Assembly: GCA_035438705.1 (NCBI GenBank)
Contig: DAORIV010000003.1
Coordinates: 4,699-68,698 of the forward strand
Direction: 5' to 3'
Source: Parcubacteria group bacterium
GTDB taxonomy: Bacteria > Patescibacteriota > Minisyncoccia > Phycocordibacterales > DATDWN01
DNA length: 64,000 nucleotides
In this document: positions 52,901 to 60,908 of the stretch, piece after piece
Numbering within the stretch: position 1 is the stretch's first letter
Layout of the letters: every line of letters starts with the position of its first letter
The notes under the pieces: model-generated
Seen by the model: only the letters and a program-made list of their open reading frames with translations
Told to the model about the DNA's origin: nothing
Databases searched by the model: none
Made by a program: the position numbers and the translations under genes

Positions 52901-53350
52901 GAAAGTATAATATGCATCTTTTTTATCAACCCAGTAACCTATTCTATCTGTAAATTTTTCCCAGTCGCCAATGTATTCAAACACACTGTCTTTACACTGC
53001 TTATTAAACTCTTCTACTCCATATTGTTCTATTTCTTTTTTAGATTTAAGACCAAGTTTTTTCTCAATCTGGAGCTCAACAGGAAGTCCATGTGTATCCC
53101 AACCTGCCTTTCTTCTCACGTTAAAACCTTGCATCGTTTTGAAACGAGGAATGATGTCTTTAAAAACCCTAGACTCTAAGTGGTGTAGAGCTGGTTTAGC
53201 ATTTGCAGTTGGAGGACCTTCATAGAAAACAAACTTACCTTTTGGAGCATCTTTTTCCAATGTTTTTTTAAACACTTCTTTTTCTTGCCAGAATTTTAAA
53301 ACTTCTTCTTCTTTGAGTGCTGTTTGTGATTTTTGTGTTTCTGGATTCAT
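49922..53350 (-). CDS. ileS: Isoleucyl-tRNA synthetase type 2 with an inserted histidine-phosphatase domain
   Basis: GPPTAN, GWDTHGLP, WTTTPWTL, WAISRERYWG, KMSKS; RHGE insert. Confidence 0.96.
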   Translation of the reverse strand: MNPETQKSQTALKEEEVLKFWQEKEVFKKTLEKDAPKGKFVFYEGPPTANAKPALHHLESRVFKDIIPRFKTMQGFNVRRKAGWDTHGLPVELQIEKKLGLKSKKEIEQYGVEEFNKQCKDSVFEYIGDWEKFTDRIGYWVDKKDAYYTFDTSYIESVWNIVKTVNDRGLLYKDYKVLPWCPRCGTALSSHELAQGYQDDKDLSVTAKFKIRGTENGYFLAWTTTPWTLPGNVGLAVGKDVVYVEVKIATENGSEILVLAKERLSVIQGEYEIIAEHKGSEMVGMEYEPLYPFLVQKFEEKDKESFAKAYKVYSADFVTTTDGTGIVHTAVMYGQDDFILGTQIGLPKFHLVKDDGNFLDGMDFLSNRFVKDEEVAVDIIKDLAHRGLLFKKEKYEHSYPHCWRCKTPLIYYARDSWYIAMSKLREELVKENENIVWEPSHIKEGRFGEWLREIKDWAISRERYWGTPLPVWQDSEGNIKVIGGLDDLKKYIKTNGNKYFLVRHGEGEHNVANILSCKKEDNFHLTEKGRKQVEESAKVLKEKGITKIISSPFVRTTETAEIIREVLGLTEDKLTFDDRLGEHDLGVMSGQSVDEYHKLIKTDEDIFDIRPEQGENLSDVKNRTGNLLYDVDKTNTNEVILFVTHEHTAWALESASRGYNRVETSLFGKDKEEFIRNAEVHEISFIPLPHNSEYEVDLHKPYIDGVELVDEKGSSLKRVREVMDVWFDSGSMPFAQDHFPWNKNELAYPADFISEAIDQTRGWFYTLHAIGILMGKGRAFKNVICLGHILDKDGKKMSKSVGNILDPWELMNKYGVDALRLWMYMVNQPGDSKNFDEKTVDEIVKKVFNPLLNIVAFYELYKDDKTLPHNKSQNVLDKWILSRLNELVEGGTKTLEKFQVFESARPIRDFVNDFSTWYVRRSRDRFKSENAEERNEALATTAFVLIELSKYMAPFTPFFAEEVYQKMKNPESKESVHLDFWPNGGDTDSSLIDSMSKVRENVTLALELRQKSGHKVRQPLNTLIIKESFSEELLSIIADEVNVKEVVVGDEVKLDTNLTPELIEEGVARDIIRAIQDARKTEKLNPSDVVNIVFCTDKQGIIYKHLEMIKSPTGVNDISYTEEKQKYNVPDIGGETTFSILR

Positions 53351-53384
53351 AAATTATTTCTTTGCAATTTATTATTCTTTTAAA

Positions 53385-53575
53385 ATTAAAATCCGTCCTA
53401 ACCAAACAAATAAAATTTGTTTAGCAAGGACGGATTTCATTCCGTGGTACCACCTTGTTTTATCTGCCGATTAGGCAGAACTCTTACTGCTATAACGGGC
53501 TTACCCGTCAGGTTCTACTTTTCATGTATCAGATGAATTTCTTCCTGAAACTTGAGGTTGATTAGTCCTCTTTAC
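53385..53575 (-). promoter_or_regulatory. Ile T-box riboswitch with terminator
   Basis: AAGGTGGTACCACG T-box; terminator AAATCCGTCCT/AGGACGGATTTT; ATC specifier at 53560-53562. Confidence 0.85.
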
Positions 53576-53599
53576 GTTTGTAAAGATACTATAACATAT

Positions 53600-55276
53600 T
53601 TACATTTTTTCTGGAACTTTGATGCCAAGTAAATGTAGCCCCCCTATCATCCAATGCAAGAAAGTCCTTGTAATTGCCAAACGATATGGTGAAGTAACAT
53701 CATTTTCATCTATTATTTTTCCACTTGCATAGAAACTATTAAACTCTGCTGCAAGTTCTGTGAGGTAAGTGGTTATATAATGAGGAGCAAACTCTTTTCC
53801 AGATCTCTCTACCACATCAAAAAACCTATCCAACATTCTTTCTAGATTAGTAGTTTGCCAACCTTCTGGCTTATCTCCAGAAATCTCTACAATATCTTCA
53901 GCCTTTTTTAATATTGAATTCGCTCTAACAGCTGAATACTGAAGATATGGACCCGAATCACCATCAAATGAAATAGACTTATCAAAATCAAAAATAATAT
54001 CACCTCCTATTGCCTGTCGCAGTATAGTGTATTTTATAGCCCCAAGCCCTATTGTTTCAGCGATTACACCCCTTTCACTTTCTGGAATATCACCGTCTTT
54101 CATTTTTTCTAAAACTTTTTCAGTAACTTGATTAATCAAAGCAGTGGCTGTAATAACATTTCCTGTTCTTGAAGACATCTTTCCTTCTGGAAGCTTGAGC
54201 ATGCCATGAGAAATATGTTTTGTTTTTATAGCGAGTTCTGGGAAAACTAGCGACATAGCTTTAAGAAGAACTTTGAAATACTCATTTATCTCATTGCCAG
54301 TAATCACTATTGAAGTGTCATATTGATATGTATCGTATTTCAGTTTTGCCAAGCCAAGTTCTTTTGCTTCATATGTAGGCAAACCTTCTTTGTTTACAAA
54401 AACTCTAGTATGAAGTTTCTTGTCGTGATTTTCCCCTTTGAAAACAACAGCCCCGTCACTTTCTTCAAAAACTTCACCTACATTTTTCAAAACAGTCTCC
54501 TTTCCAAAATCTGCTACTTCACTTTCGAAAAAGTAGTGATCAAACTTAGTACCCAGAATTTTATACATTACTTCAAAATAAAGAAGTGATTTCTGTCTAC
54601 CAGTTTCATACAACTCATTTATTTCTTCATCCGAATGGTCGTATATCTTTTTATTTATTTCTATAATTTCTATTTTTGCCTCCTCATCTTCCTCGTATGC
54701 TTTATGTCCCTCAGCATATGCCTGCATCAAGTCTGTACCTTTTTTCATAGCCCAAACAGCTTTGGCGACATGAAGACCAACATCTCCTTGATAGTTTGCC
54801 CTTTGTATTTCAGCACCATTTTTCTCAAGTATTCGTGAAATAGATTCACCAATAACATTTGGCATAAGGTGTCCAATATGAAACTCCTTGAATGGATTAG
54901 GATCTGTATACTCTATAATTATTTTTTGACCAGAAAATATTAAATTTTCAGTTTTTCCATTTTTAAGTTCTTGCAATCTTTTTGCATAATAGTCTGGTGT
55001 TAAAAAGAAATTTAAAAACCCTGGTTTAGCCACTTCAATTTTTAAAATATTCTCCAGTTCTTTTGCTCTTATTTTGTCCTTACTTTCTAATTCTTTTTTG
55101 ATTTCTTCTGCTAAATCAACTGGATTTTTCCCTAATTCTTTTGCATGAACCATAGCAACTGAAGTAGTATAATCCCCTTTATCCAAATACACCGAAGAAA
55201 CAACGGACACATTCAAATCCTTTGCTCCAAGATCAATTAATATTTTTTCTATTTCTTTTTGTAATATTTCTTTCAT
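53600..55276 (-). CDS. argS: Arginyl-tRNA synthetase
   Basis: NPFKEFHIGH, KMSSRTG, GPYLQY. Confidence 0.96.
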   Translation of the reverse strand: MKEILQKEIEKILIDLGAKDLNVSVVSSVYLDKGDYTTSVAMVHAKELGKNPVDLAEEIKKELESKDKIRAKELENILKIEVAKPGFLNFFLTPDYYAKRLQELKNGKTENLIFSGQKIIIEYTDPNPFKEFHIGHLMPNVIGESISRILEKNGAEIQRANYQGDVGLHVAKAVWAMKKGTDLMQAYAEGHKAYEEDEEAKIEIIEINKKIYDHSDEEINELYETGRQKSLLYFEVMYKILGTKFDHYFFESEVADFGKETVLKNVGEVFEESDGAVVFKGENHDKKLHTRVFVNKEGLPTYEAKELGLAKLKYDTYQYDTSIVITGNEINEYFKVLLKAMSLVFPELAIKTKHISHGMLKLPEGKMSSRTGNVITATALINQVTEKVLEKMKDGDIPESERGVIAETIGLGAIKYTILRQAIGGDIIFDFDKSISFDGDSGPYLQYSAVRANSILKKAEDIVEISGDKPEGWQTTNLERMLDRFFDVVERSGKEFAPHYITTYLTELAAEFNSFYASGKIIDENDVTSPYRLAITRTFLHWMIGGLHLLGIKVPEKM

Positions 55277-55608
55277 TATCTATTGTCTCCAATACCCTTA
55301 ATAACTCCTCTTTTGTTTCTAGATGCTAATTTTTCAATATTTGCCTTAGCTATATCATCAAAATTATAACCTAAATCTTTTGCTAAAACTGATAAATACC
55401 ACAATACATCACCTAGTTCAAACTTCAAAGCTTCCTTCCTCTCTTTTGTCATCTTTTCAGTTCCATCATCACCCCTAAGCCATTTCTTAATTTTACCTAT
55501 AACTTCCCCAGTCTCATCAGCCAATCCTAATGCAGGATAAACCACCTTATATTGTTTTGGATATTTTGCTGTTTTTAAAGCATTTTTCTGATATTCATTG
55601 AATTGCAT
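55276..55608 (-). CDS. MazG-like nucleoside triphosphate pyrophosphohydrolase
   Basis: LGLADETGEV, ELGDVLWY, NIEKLASR; start placed at MQFNEY. Confidence 0.88.
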   Translation of the reverse strand: MQFNEYQKNALKTAKYPKQYKVVYPALGLADETGEVIGKIKKWLRGDDGTEKMTKERKEALKFELGDVLWYLSVLAKDLGYNFDDIAKANIEKLASRNKRGVIKGIGDNR

Positions 55609-55648
55609 ATGCAAATAATAACATTGACCTCTTTGTTTATAAAGCGAA

Positions 55649-55674
55649 GCGCGGTGGTAATCATACCACCGCGC
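55649..55674 (-). terminator. GC-rich terminator after tmk
   Basis: GCGCGGTGGTA-ATCA-TACCACCGCGC. Confidence 0.8.
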
Positions 55675-55681
55675 AAAAGAG

Positions 55682-56284
55682 TTAGTTATCAAGAGCATGG
55701 CCAAGTGCCACCAATGCTACTGAAATCATTCTCTCTTCAGGAACATCGGCATCAACCTGAATAGAAACAATTCCTTCTCTCGAAAAGAACTTATCGTAGA
55801 AAACACGAGTCATTCGTCTGTCTTCTTCACTTCTACGATCAAAATGGTTTTCACCTCCACGTGCTTTTAATCTACGAGTTGCTTCTGCTGGTGAAACCTT
55901 GAAATCAAGATAGATACAAGGAACACCTCTAAGACAGACTTCTCTTGTGTGCCAGAAAAGTTCCTCGAGGTCTGGGTTTTTCCCGATTTGATATGCATAA
56001 GTTGAAGCATCAAATCTATCTGAGATAACTACTTGACCCGCAGTAATTGCTGGTCGAATAATTTTCGCTACATTCTCTGCGCGAGAGGCCCAGAAAAGAT
56101 TGAACATAGTCAGAGGATCTGCTTGTTCTGCATCGTCTGACAAAACCAGCTCTCTAACTTTCTGACTCAACCCCAAACCACCAGGTTCACGAGAAAAAAT
56201 AAAGTCAGGTCTTGCTGACTTAAGATGGTTTATGAAGGTAGTTTTACCACAACCATCCAATCCTTCAAGGAATACTGCTTTCAT
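55682..56284 (-). CDS. tmk: Thymidylate kinase
   Basis: LEGLDGCGKTT, REPGG, SDRF..STYAYQ; GGAGG SD. Confidence 0.93.
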   Translation of the reverse strand: MKAVFLEGLDGCGKTTFINHLKSARPDFIFSREPGGLGLSQKVRELVLSDDAEQADPLTMFNLFWASRAENVAKIIRPAITAGQVVISDRFDASTYAYQIGKNPDLEELFWHTREVCLRGVPCIYLDFKVSPAEATRRLKARGGENHFDRRSEEDRRMTRVFYDKFFSREGIVSIQVDADVPEERMISVALVALGHALDN

Positions 56285-56413
56285 ACGAAACCTCCAGTAA
56301 AAAGAATATCACTTAGTAAATAAATTGTAAGATTGACCTACACCTAGATAAAAGGTAGAAATATACCAGAACTTTGTGTGGATTCCTCCACCAAAAACAA
56401 GGAGCTCTTTTAC

Positions 56414-57235
56414 ATGAGTAATGTAGACATTAAGATTTTCAACATCGCAAGAACTGAAGTTGATCGAGAAGAAGTTCGAAGGTGGCTCGACCATGTTGGA
56501 GCAAATGGATACGAAATCCCAGATGAAGCAACTGCTTCGAGTCCAGCCCTCCTCATCGCTCTGGCAGCCAAGCGCTGCTATATGAGCTTTGAGCCTGGTC
56601 TCAATCCCAATGTGACAAAAGTCCGAAGGGATATGGTCGCGTACTTCGACAACATCCTGTTGTCGCGACATGGATCAGTCCTCGAACACGCAGTTTACTC
56701 GTTTGCAATCGAAGGGATCAGCCGAGTTTTCACTGCTGAGATGAACCGCCATCGAGCTGGCTGGGCAATCTCGGAAGGAAGTCTCCGCTACATTCGTTTC
56801 GACAAGGATATCCCTTGGTGGTTGCCGACATCACTGCAACCCAATGAAAAAGACGACCCGGATCTCGCTCTGAGAAAAGCGAGGTCGGTTGAAATCTTCC
56901 GTCGTGCATTTGGTCACCAGGAAGAATGTTACGCTGAACTCTTGCAAGTCTGGGACATGGATGCCAGTCACCACAACTTCCACTACAAAAAAGTTGTGAC
57001 TTCATGCCTGCGAAGAATTGTGGGGCTTGGTGTTGCAACAGGAGGTGTTTGGACTGGAAACATGCGTGCACTCAGACACGTCATTGCCATGCGTGCAACT
57101 GAAGCAGCAGAAGAAGAGATCTTCTATGTGTTCGACCAGATCGCAAGGATGATGGTTGCAAAAGAACCTCTCATCTTTAACGACTTCAAGACCGACGAAA
57201 ACGGTTTCTGGACTCCCGAACACTGGAAGGTGTAA
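56414..57235 (+). CDS. thyX: Flavin-dependent thymidylate synthase
   Basis: HGSVLEH, ISRVFTAEMNRHR-x7-SLRY; AAGGAG 9 nt before the ATG at 56414. Confidence 0.93.
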   Translation: MSNVDIKIFNIARTEVDREEVRRWLDHVGANGYEIPDEATASSPALLIALAAKRCYMSFEPGLNPNVTKVRRDMVAYFDNILLSRHGSVLEHAVYSFAIEGISRVFTAEMNRHRAGWAISEGSLRYIRFDKDIPWWLPTSLQPNEKDDPDLALRKARSVEIFRRAFGHQEECYAELLQVWDMDASHHNFHYKKVVTSCLRRIVGLGVATGGVWTGNMRALRHVIAMRATEAAEEEIFYVFDQIARMMVAKEPLIFNDFKTDENGFWTPEHWKV

Positions 57236-57242
57236 CAAGAAA

Positions 57243-57283
57243 AACCCGCGTGCAGTCATTGACTGCTCGCGGGTTCGTTTTTT
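57243..57283. terminator. Bidirectional long-stem terminator between thyX and dcd
   Basis: AACCCGCGTGCAGTCA-T-TGACTGCTCGCGGGTT-CGTTTTTT. Confidence 0.8.
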
Positions 57284-58385
57284 ATTCCCATTCCTTGAAT
57301 TGTTTACCGAGTTTTGGACCATTCTGACGTCCATACGTCGGAGACTTTTCATCGTAATGAGCATCCGGAACACCAAAGACTTTTTCATAGCGAACTTTTG
57401 CTATGGGCTGTCCATCTTGAATGATGATTCCGTTATCGAAAGAACGAACTTCCAAAGTCAGGGTGCGACCAAAAGTGCTAACCTGTTGAGTTACTCCCCA
57501 ACCCGGATCGATGAATCCTGCATAATGAGAACGCAAGTCCCCACTACGCTCGTCCATCGGCACCATCTCACAAGTGAGATGTGGTGGAACTACCACATGT
57601 TCCTTTGTTGAAAGGATGTAGAAAGTACCAGTATTAAGTGTGAGTGACCTGTTGAAAACAGTGATGGGCCTGAAGTAATACTTCGGATCATAGTGACTCC
57701 GAAGAGAAAGATCAATCGGATCCCCTCCCTCAATCGCTTCAAAACCAGGATTTTGAAATCCAAGTCCAAGCGAAAGAAGAATTGATCCGTCTCTATCTGA
57801 ATGTCTTTGATCTTCGTATTTGGCTTGTTCTCCGTCACAATCAAAGATCAAACCATTGAAGTTCATTCGCAAATCCCATTCATCAAAACGGGTATCTGCT
57901 GTGAAAAACCTGATTTGATTCAAAGACAAACCCGGAGAAACAATCACTGGAAAAGTCTTAGGAACCACAAGAATCCAGAGGTTTCCAGAGTACGCCTGCT
58001 CTACTGCATCGTAACGAGAACAGCTATCCACAAGCAAACGCACATGCATATCGACCCGACCACTTGAAGACTTCGGATTACAATATGCATACACACCTTC
58101 AGGCAACTTTGAAACGGCCTCATTTAGTGGCAGAACATAACAGCAACCTCTTTCAAGGAGAATCTTTTCTCCTGTTAGTTTGGTACTCCCAACACGTCTC
58201 AATGCACTGAAAACTGATTCACCAATTGCAGGAAGAAAAGCTCCCCGTACACGAAACACTTCACCTGTTACGGTGAGATCCAAGGAGCTAGGCCGAACAC
58301 TGTCGATGTTTGTTACACCACTCAAGAATCCACTATTAATCAGATACTGAATCTTGTGATCAGGTAATGCTCCACCTTGTCTCAT
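57282..58385 (-). CDS. dcd: 2'-deoxycytidine 5'-triphosphate deaminase (two-domain type)
   Basis: PSSLDL, NPKSSSGRVD, HYAGFIDPGWG, TLEVR; AGGAGG SD. Confidence 0.88.
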   Translation of the reverse strand: MRQGGALPDHKIQYLINSGFLSGVTNIDSVRPSSLDLTVTGEVFRVRGAFLPAIGESVFSALRRVGSTKLTGEKILLERGCCYVLPLNEAVSKLPEGVYAYCNPKSSSGRVDMHVRLLVDSCSRYDAVEQAYSGNLWILVVPKTFPVIVSPGLSLNQIRFFTADTRFDEWDLRMNFNGLIFDCDGEQAKYEDQRHSDRDGSILLSLGLGFQNPGFEAIEGGDPIDLSLRSHYDPKYYFRPITVFNRSLTLNTGTFYILSTKEHVVVPPHLTCEMVPMDERSGDLRSHYAGFIDPGWGVTQQVSTFGRTLTLEVRSFDNGIIIQDGQPIAKVRYEKVFGVPDAHYDEKSPTYGRQNGPKLGKQFKEWE

Positions 58386-58492
58386 GAACCCTCCTAAAAG
58401 TTTCTCGTGCTACTCTAACATAAGCATTATCAATAAAAAAGACCATCAAATGATGGTCTTTTTTTATTATTTTAAAATTTATTTATATTCTC

Positions 58493-58915
58493 TTATTTCA
58501 CATCCACGCCCATACTTCTAGCTGAACCTGCGATAATCTTCATCGCTGCCTCAACATCGTTAGCGTTAAGATCTGCCATTTTCTTTTCTGCGATTTCTTG
58601 AAGTTGAGCTTTTGAAAGAGTTCCTACTTTTGAAACTGCATTTTTACCTGATCCTTTTTCTTTTCCGATAGCTTTTAGAATAAGAGCTGATGCTGGAGAA
58701 GTTTTAAGTACGAAAGTGAAAGTTCTATCTTCATAAACAGACACTTCTACAGGCACAGTTTCACCGATCATTTTCTGTGTAGCATCGTTGAATTGCTTTA
58801 CAAATTCACCAATATTAACACCCGCCTGTCCAAGTGCTGGTCCCAAAGGTGGAGCTGGTGTAGCTTTACCTCCTATCGCCAAAAGCTTTAGTTTTTTTGT
58901 TACTTTTTTTGCCAT
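58493..58915 (-). CDS. rplK: 50S ribosomal protein uL11
   Basis: [21 protein letters not shown]. Confidence 0.98.
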   Translation of the reverse strand: MAKKVTKKLKLLAIGGKATPAPPLGPALGQAGVNIGEFVKQFNDATQKMIGETVPVEVSVYEDRTFTFVLKTSPASALILKAIGKEKGSGKNAVSKVGTLSKAQLQEIAEKKMADLNANDVEAAMKIIAGSARSMGVDVK

Positions 58916-58965
58916 AATTTTAGTTCAAATACATTACTATAAATACCCTATTTTTGCAAACTTCA

Positions 58966-59088
58966 TAAAGTTTCAAATTCAGATGAAATCCGAGGCAGAC
59001 AAGGAATTTTATTGGAGCCGTACAAATAGTACGGTGACAATCAAATTGCCGAAGTCCAACAAAGGAGTTAGCTGAATTTGAGACTTTA
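58966..59088. repeat. Long palindromic element, family B
   Basis: TAAAGTTTCAAATTCAG/CTGAATTTGAGACTTTA around GGAGCCGTACAAATAGTACGGTGAC. Confidence 0.65.
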
Positions 59089-59631
59089 TATCTTTTTTAC
59101 TTGTAAGAAATCTAGTTCAACCGGTGTCTCTCTTCCAAACATAGCAACTAGTACCTTCACCTTACCTCTCTCCTCATCAACCTCGTTTACTTTTCCATCC
59201 AAATCCTTAAATGGTCCGTCTACAATAGAAACAGTGTCATTAATAGACAAATCTATCTTATGTTTAACATTTCCTGAATCCATTCTCTTAAACAAATCAT
59301 CTATCTCTTTTTTATCAATTGGAACTGGGTAAACACCAGAACCTACGAATCCAGTAACTCTAGGAGTGTTTCTTACTACGAACCATGAATCTTCTGTAAC
59401 AATCATGTCTACCAATATGTAACCAGGGTAAATTTTTTCTTCCTCCTCAACCCTCTTTCCACCTTTAATTTTTATCTTTTTTTCAGTAGGAACGATAACA
59501 TTAAAAATCTTATCTTCCATTCCTAAAGATTCAATACGCTGTTTTAGATTTCTCATCACAGCATTTTCATATCCTGCATATGTGTGAACCACATACCAGT
59601 TTCTTGTGTTATCTAATTGTTGTTTTGCCAT
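59086..59631 (-). CDS. nusG: Transcription factor NusG
   Basis: WYVVHTYAGYE, YPGYILV, MFGRETPVEL. Confidence 0.98.
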   Translation of the reverse strand: MAKQQLDNTRNWYVVHTYAGYENAVMRNLKQRIESLGMEDKIFNVIVPTEKKIKIKGGKRVEEEEKIYPGYILVDMIVTEDSWFVVRNTPRVTGFVGSGVYPVPIDKKEIDDLFKRMDSGNVKHKIDLSINDTVSIVDGPFKDLDGKVNEVDEERGKVKVLVAMFGRETPVELDFLQVKKI

Positions 59632-59644
59632 ATGATTTTGAGTA

Positions 59645-59824
59645 TTAGATTACAAATTTCTCAATTACCATTTTAAATAGATAATCAAAAAAACCAAGAA
59701 GAAATGATACAAAAACAGATATTAGAACCACAACAATTGTAAAAGCTATAGTTTGATTTCTTGTGGGCCAAGAAACGTGTTTAAGCTCTCCTTGTGTATC
59801 TTTAAAGTATGTTATTAATGACAT
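59645..59824 (-). CDS. secE: Preprotein translocase subunit SecE (59 aa, below the ORF-track cutoff)
   Basis: Hand translation: MSLITYFKDTQGELKHVSWPTRNQTIAFTIVVVLISVFVSFLLGFFDYLF...; upstream of nusG. Confidence 0.93.
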   Translation of the reverse strand: MSLITYFKDTQGELKHVSWPTRNQTIAFTIVVVLISVFVSFLLGFFDYLFKMVIEKFVI

Positions 59825-59847
59825 GATATTTTTTTAGTTTTTAGAAA

Positions 59848-59960
59848 GTTCATAATTTAATTAATATCAAGGCGGAAGAAAAATTTAATTGGTGACGTAT
59901 TAATATACGATGACAAATAAATTTTGAATTCCAACACAGATAGTGATTAAATTTTGAGCT
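59848..59960. repeat. Long palindromic element, family B
   Basis: GTTCATAATTTA/TAAATTTTGAGC around GGTGACGTATTAATATACGATGAC; AGGCGGA..TCCAACA shared with the 58966 copy. Confidence 0.6.
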
Positions 59961-60028
59961 CTCTGGTAGTAAAAAACCCCTCGGGGGGTTAATTACTATA
60001 CTACTTTATTTACCCCACTTAGTCAATC

Positions 60029-60853
60029 CTATTTAACCTCGTAAGTAATTGTTACATTACTTACAATCTTATTTTCTCCAGTAGGTAATGAAGGTGCAAC
60101 TGAAGCACTTCCTGCCATATTCATAACCTTAGCATCTGCTGACATTTCTGATCTATACATTATTGGATAAGCTCCATCTCCATTTTCATAGAAATTTACA
60201 ATAGTATCAAGCCTTACTCCTAATGTTTTTGAAAGTATTTTTGCTTTAGCTTTAGCATCTGCTACAGCTTTTTCTCTAGCTTCGGCCTTAACTTTTTCTA
60301 AATCGTCAACCACAAAATCTAGTCCTGAAATATTTCCTGCACCCAATTCACCCACTTTAGTTAGAGCTTCCCCAGCTTTTTCAGTATCTCTTACTTTTAC
60401 AGTAACAGATTGATTTACCTCATAACCAGTAAGAACTTGTTTACCTGGAGGACAGTAGTTCATAGAACAAGCACCTTGAGTATATTCATATTTTGGATAT
60501 GAATTATAACTTGTAGTTTTAATATCTTTCTTATCAACACCCAAAGCCTCAACTGCTTCAAGAATTGAGTTAATCTTTTTGGTTGCTTTATCTTGAGCAT
60601 CCTTAACTGTTTTACCCTCTTCCACAACTGAGAAAGAAAAAGATGCAACATCTGGAACAGCCAAAACCTCTCCTGTACCATTTACAGATATTACATTTGA
60701 AGGATAAACCCCCTTACCTATATATGAAAGTTCTTTCAATGATGAAAGCGCTTTTATACCAAGGAAAACAGCTAGTAATACGAACATAGCAAGAACTGCA
60801 TTGAAAAGTCTTTTTTTTGATACAGCATCTAAACTATTTAAGAAATCATTCAT
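60029..60853 (-). CDS. SIMPL (DUF541) domain protein
   Basis: ISVNGTGEVLAVPD; AREKAVADAKAKA. Confidence 0.9.
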   Translation of the reverse strand: MNDFLNSLDAVSKKRLFNAVLAMFVLLAVFLGIKALSSLKELSYIGKGVYPSNVISVNGTGEVLAVPDVASFSFSVVEEGKTVKDAQDKATKKINSILEAVEALGVDKKDIKTTSYNSYPKYEYTQGACSMNYCPPGKQVLTGYEVNQSVTVKVRDTEKAGEALTKVGELGAGNISGLDFVVDDLEKVKAEAREKAVADAKAKAKILSKTLGVRLDTIVNFYENGDGAYPIMYRSEMSADAKVMNMAGSASVAPSLPTGENKIVSNVTITYEVK

Positions 60854-60908
60854 AATTTTATGTTAACTAATAATTTACAATTTGTATGACTATTCTAACA
60901 CGAATATA

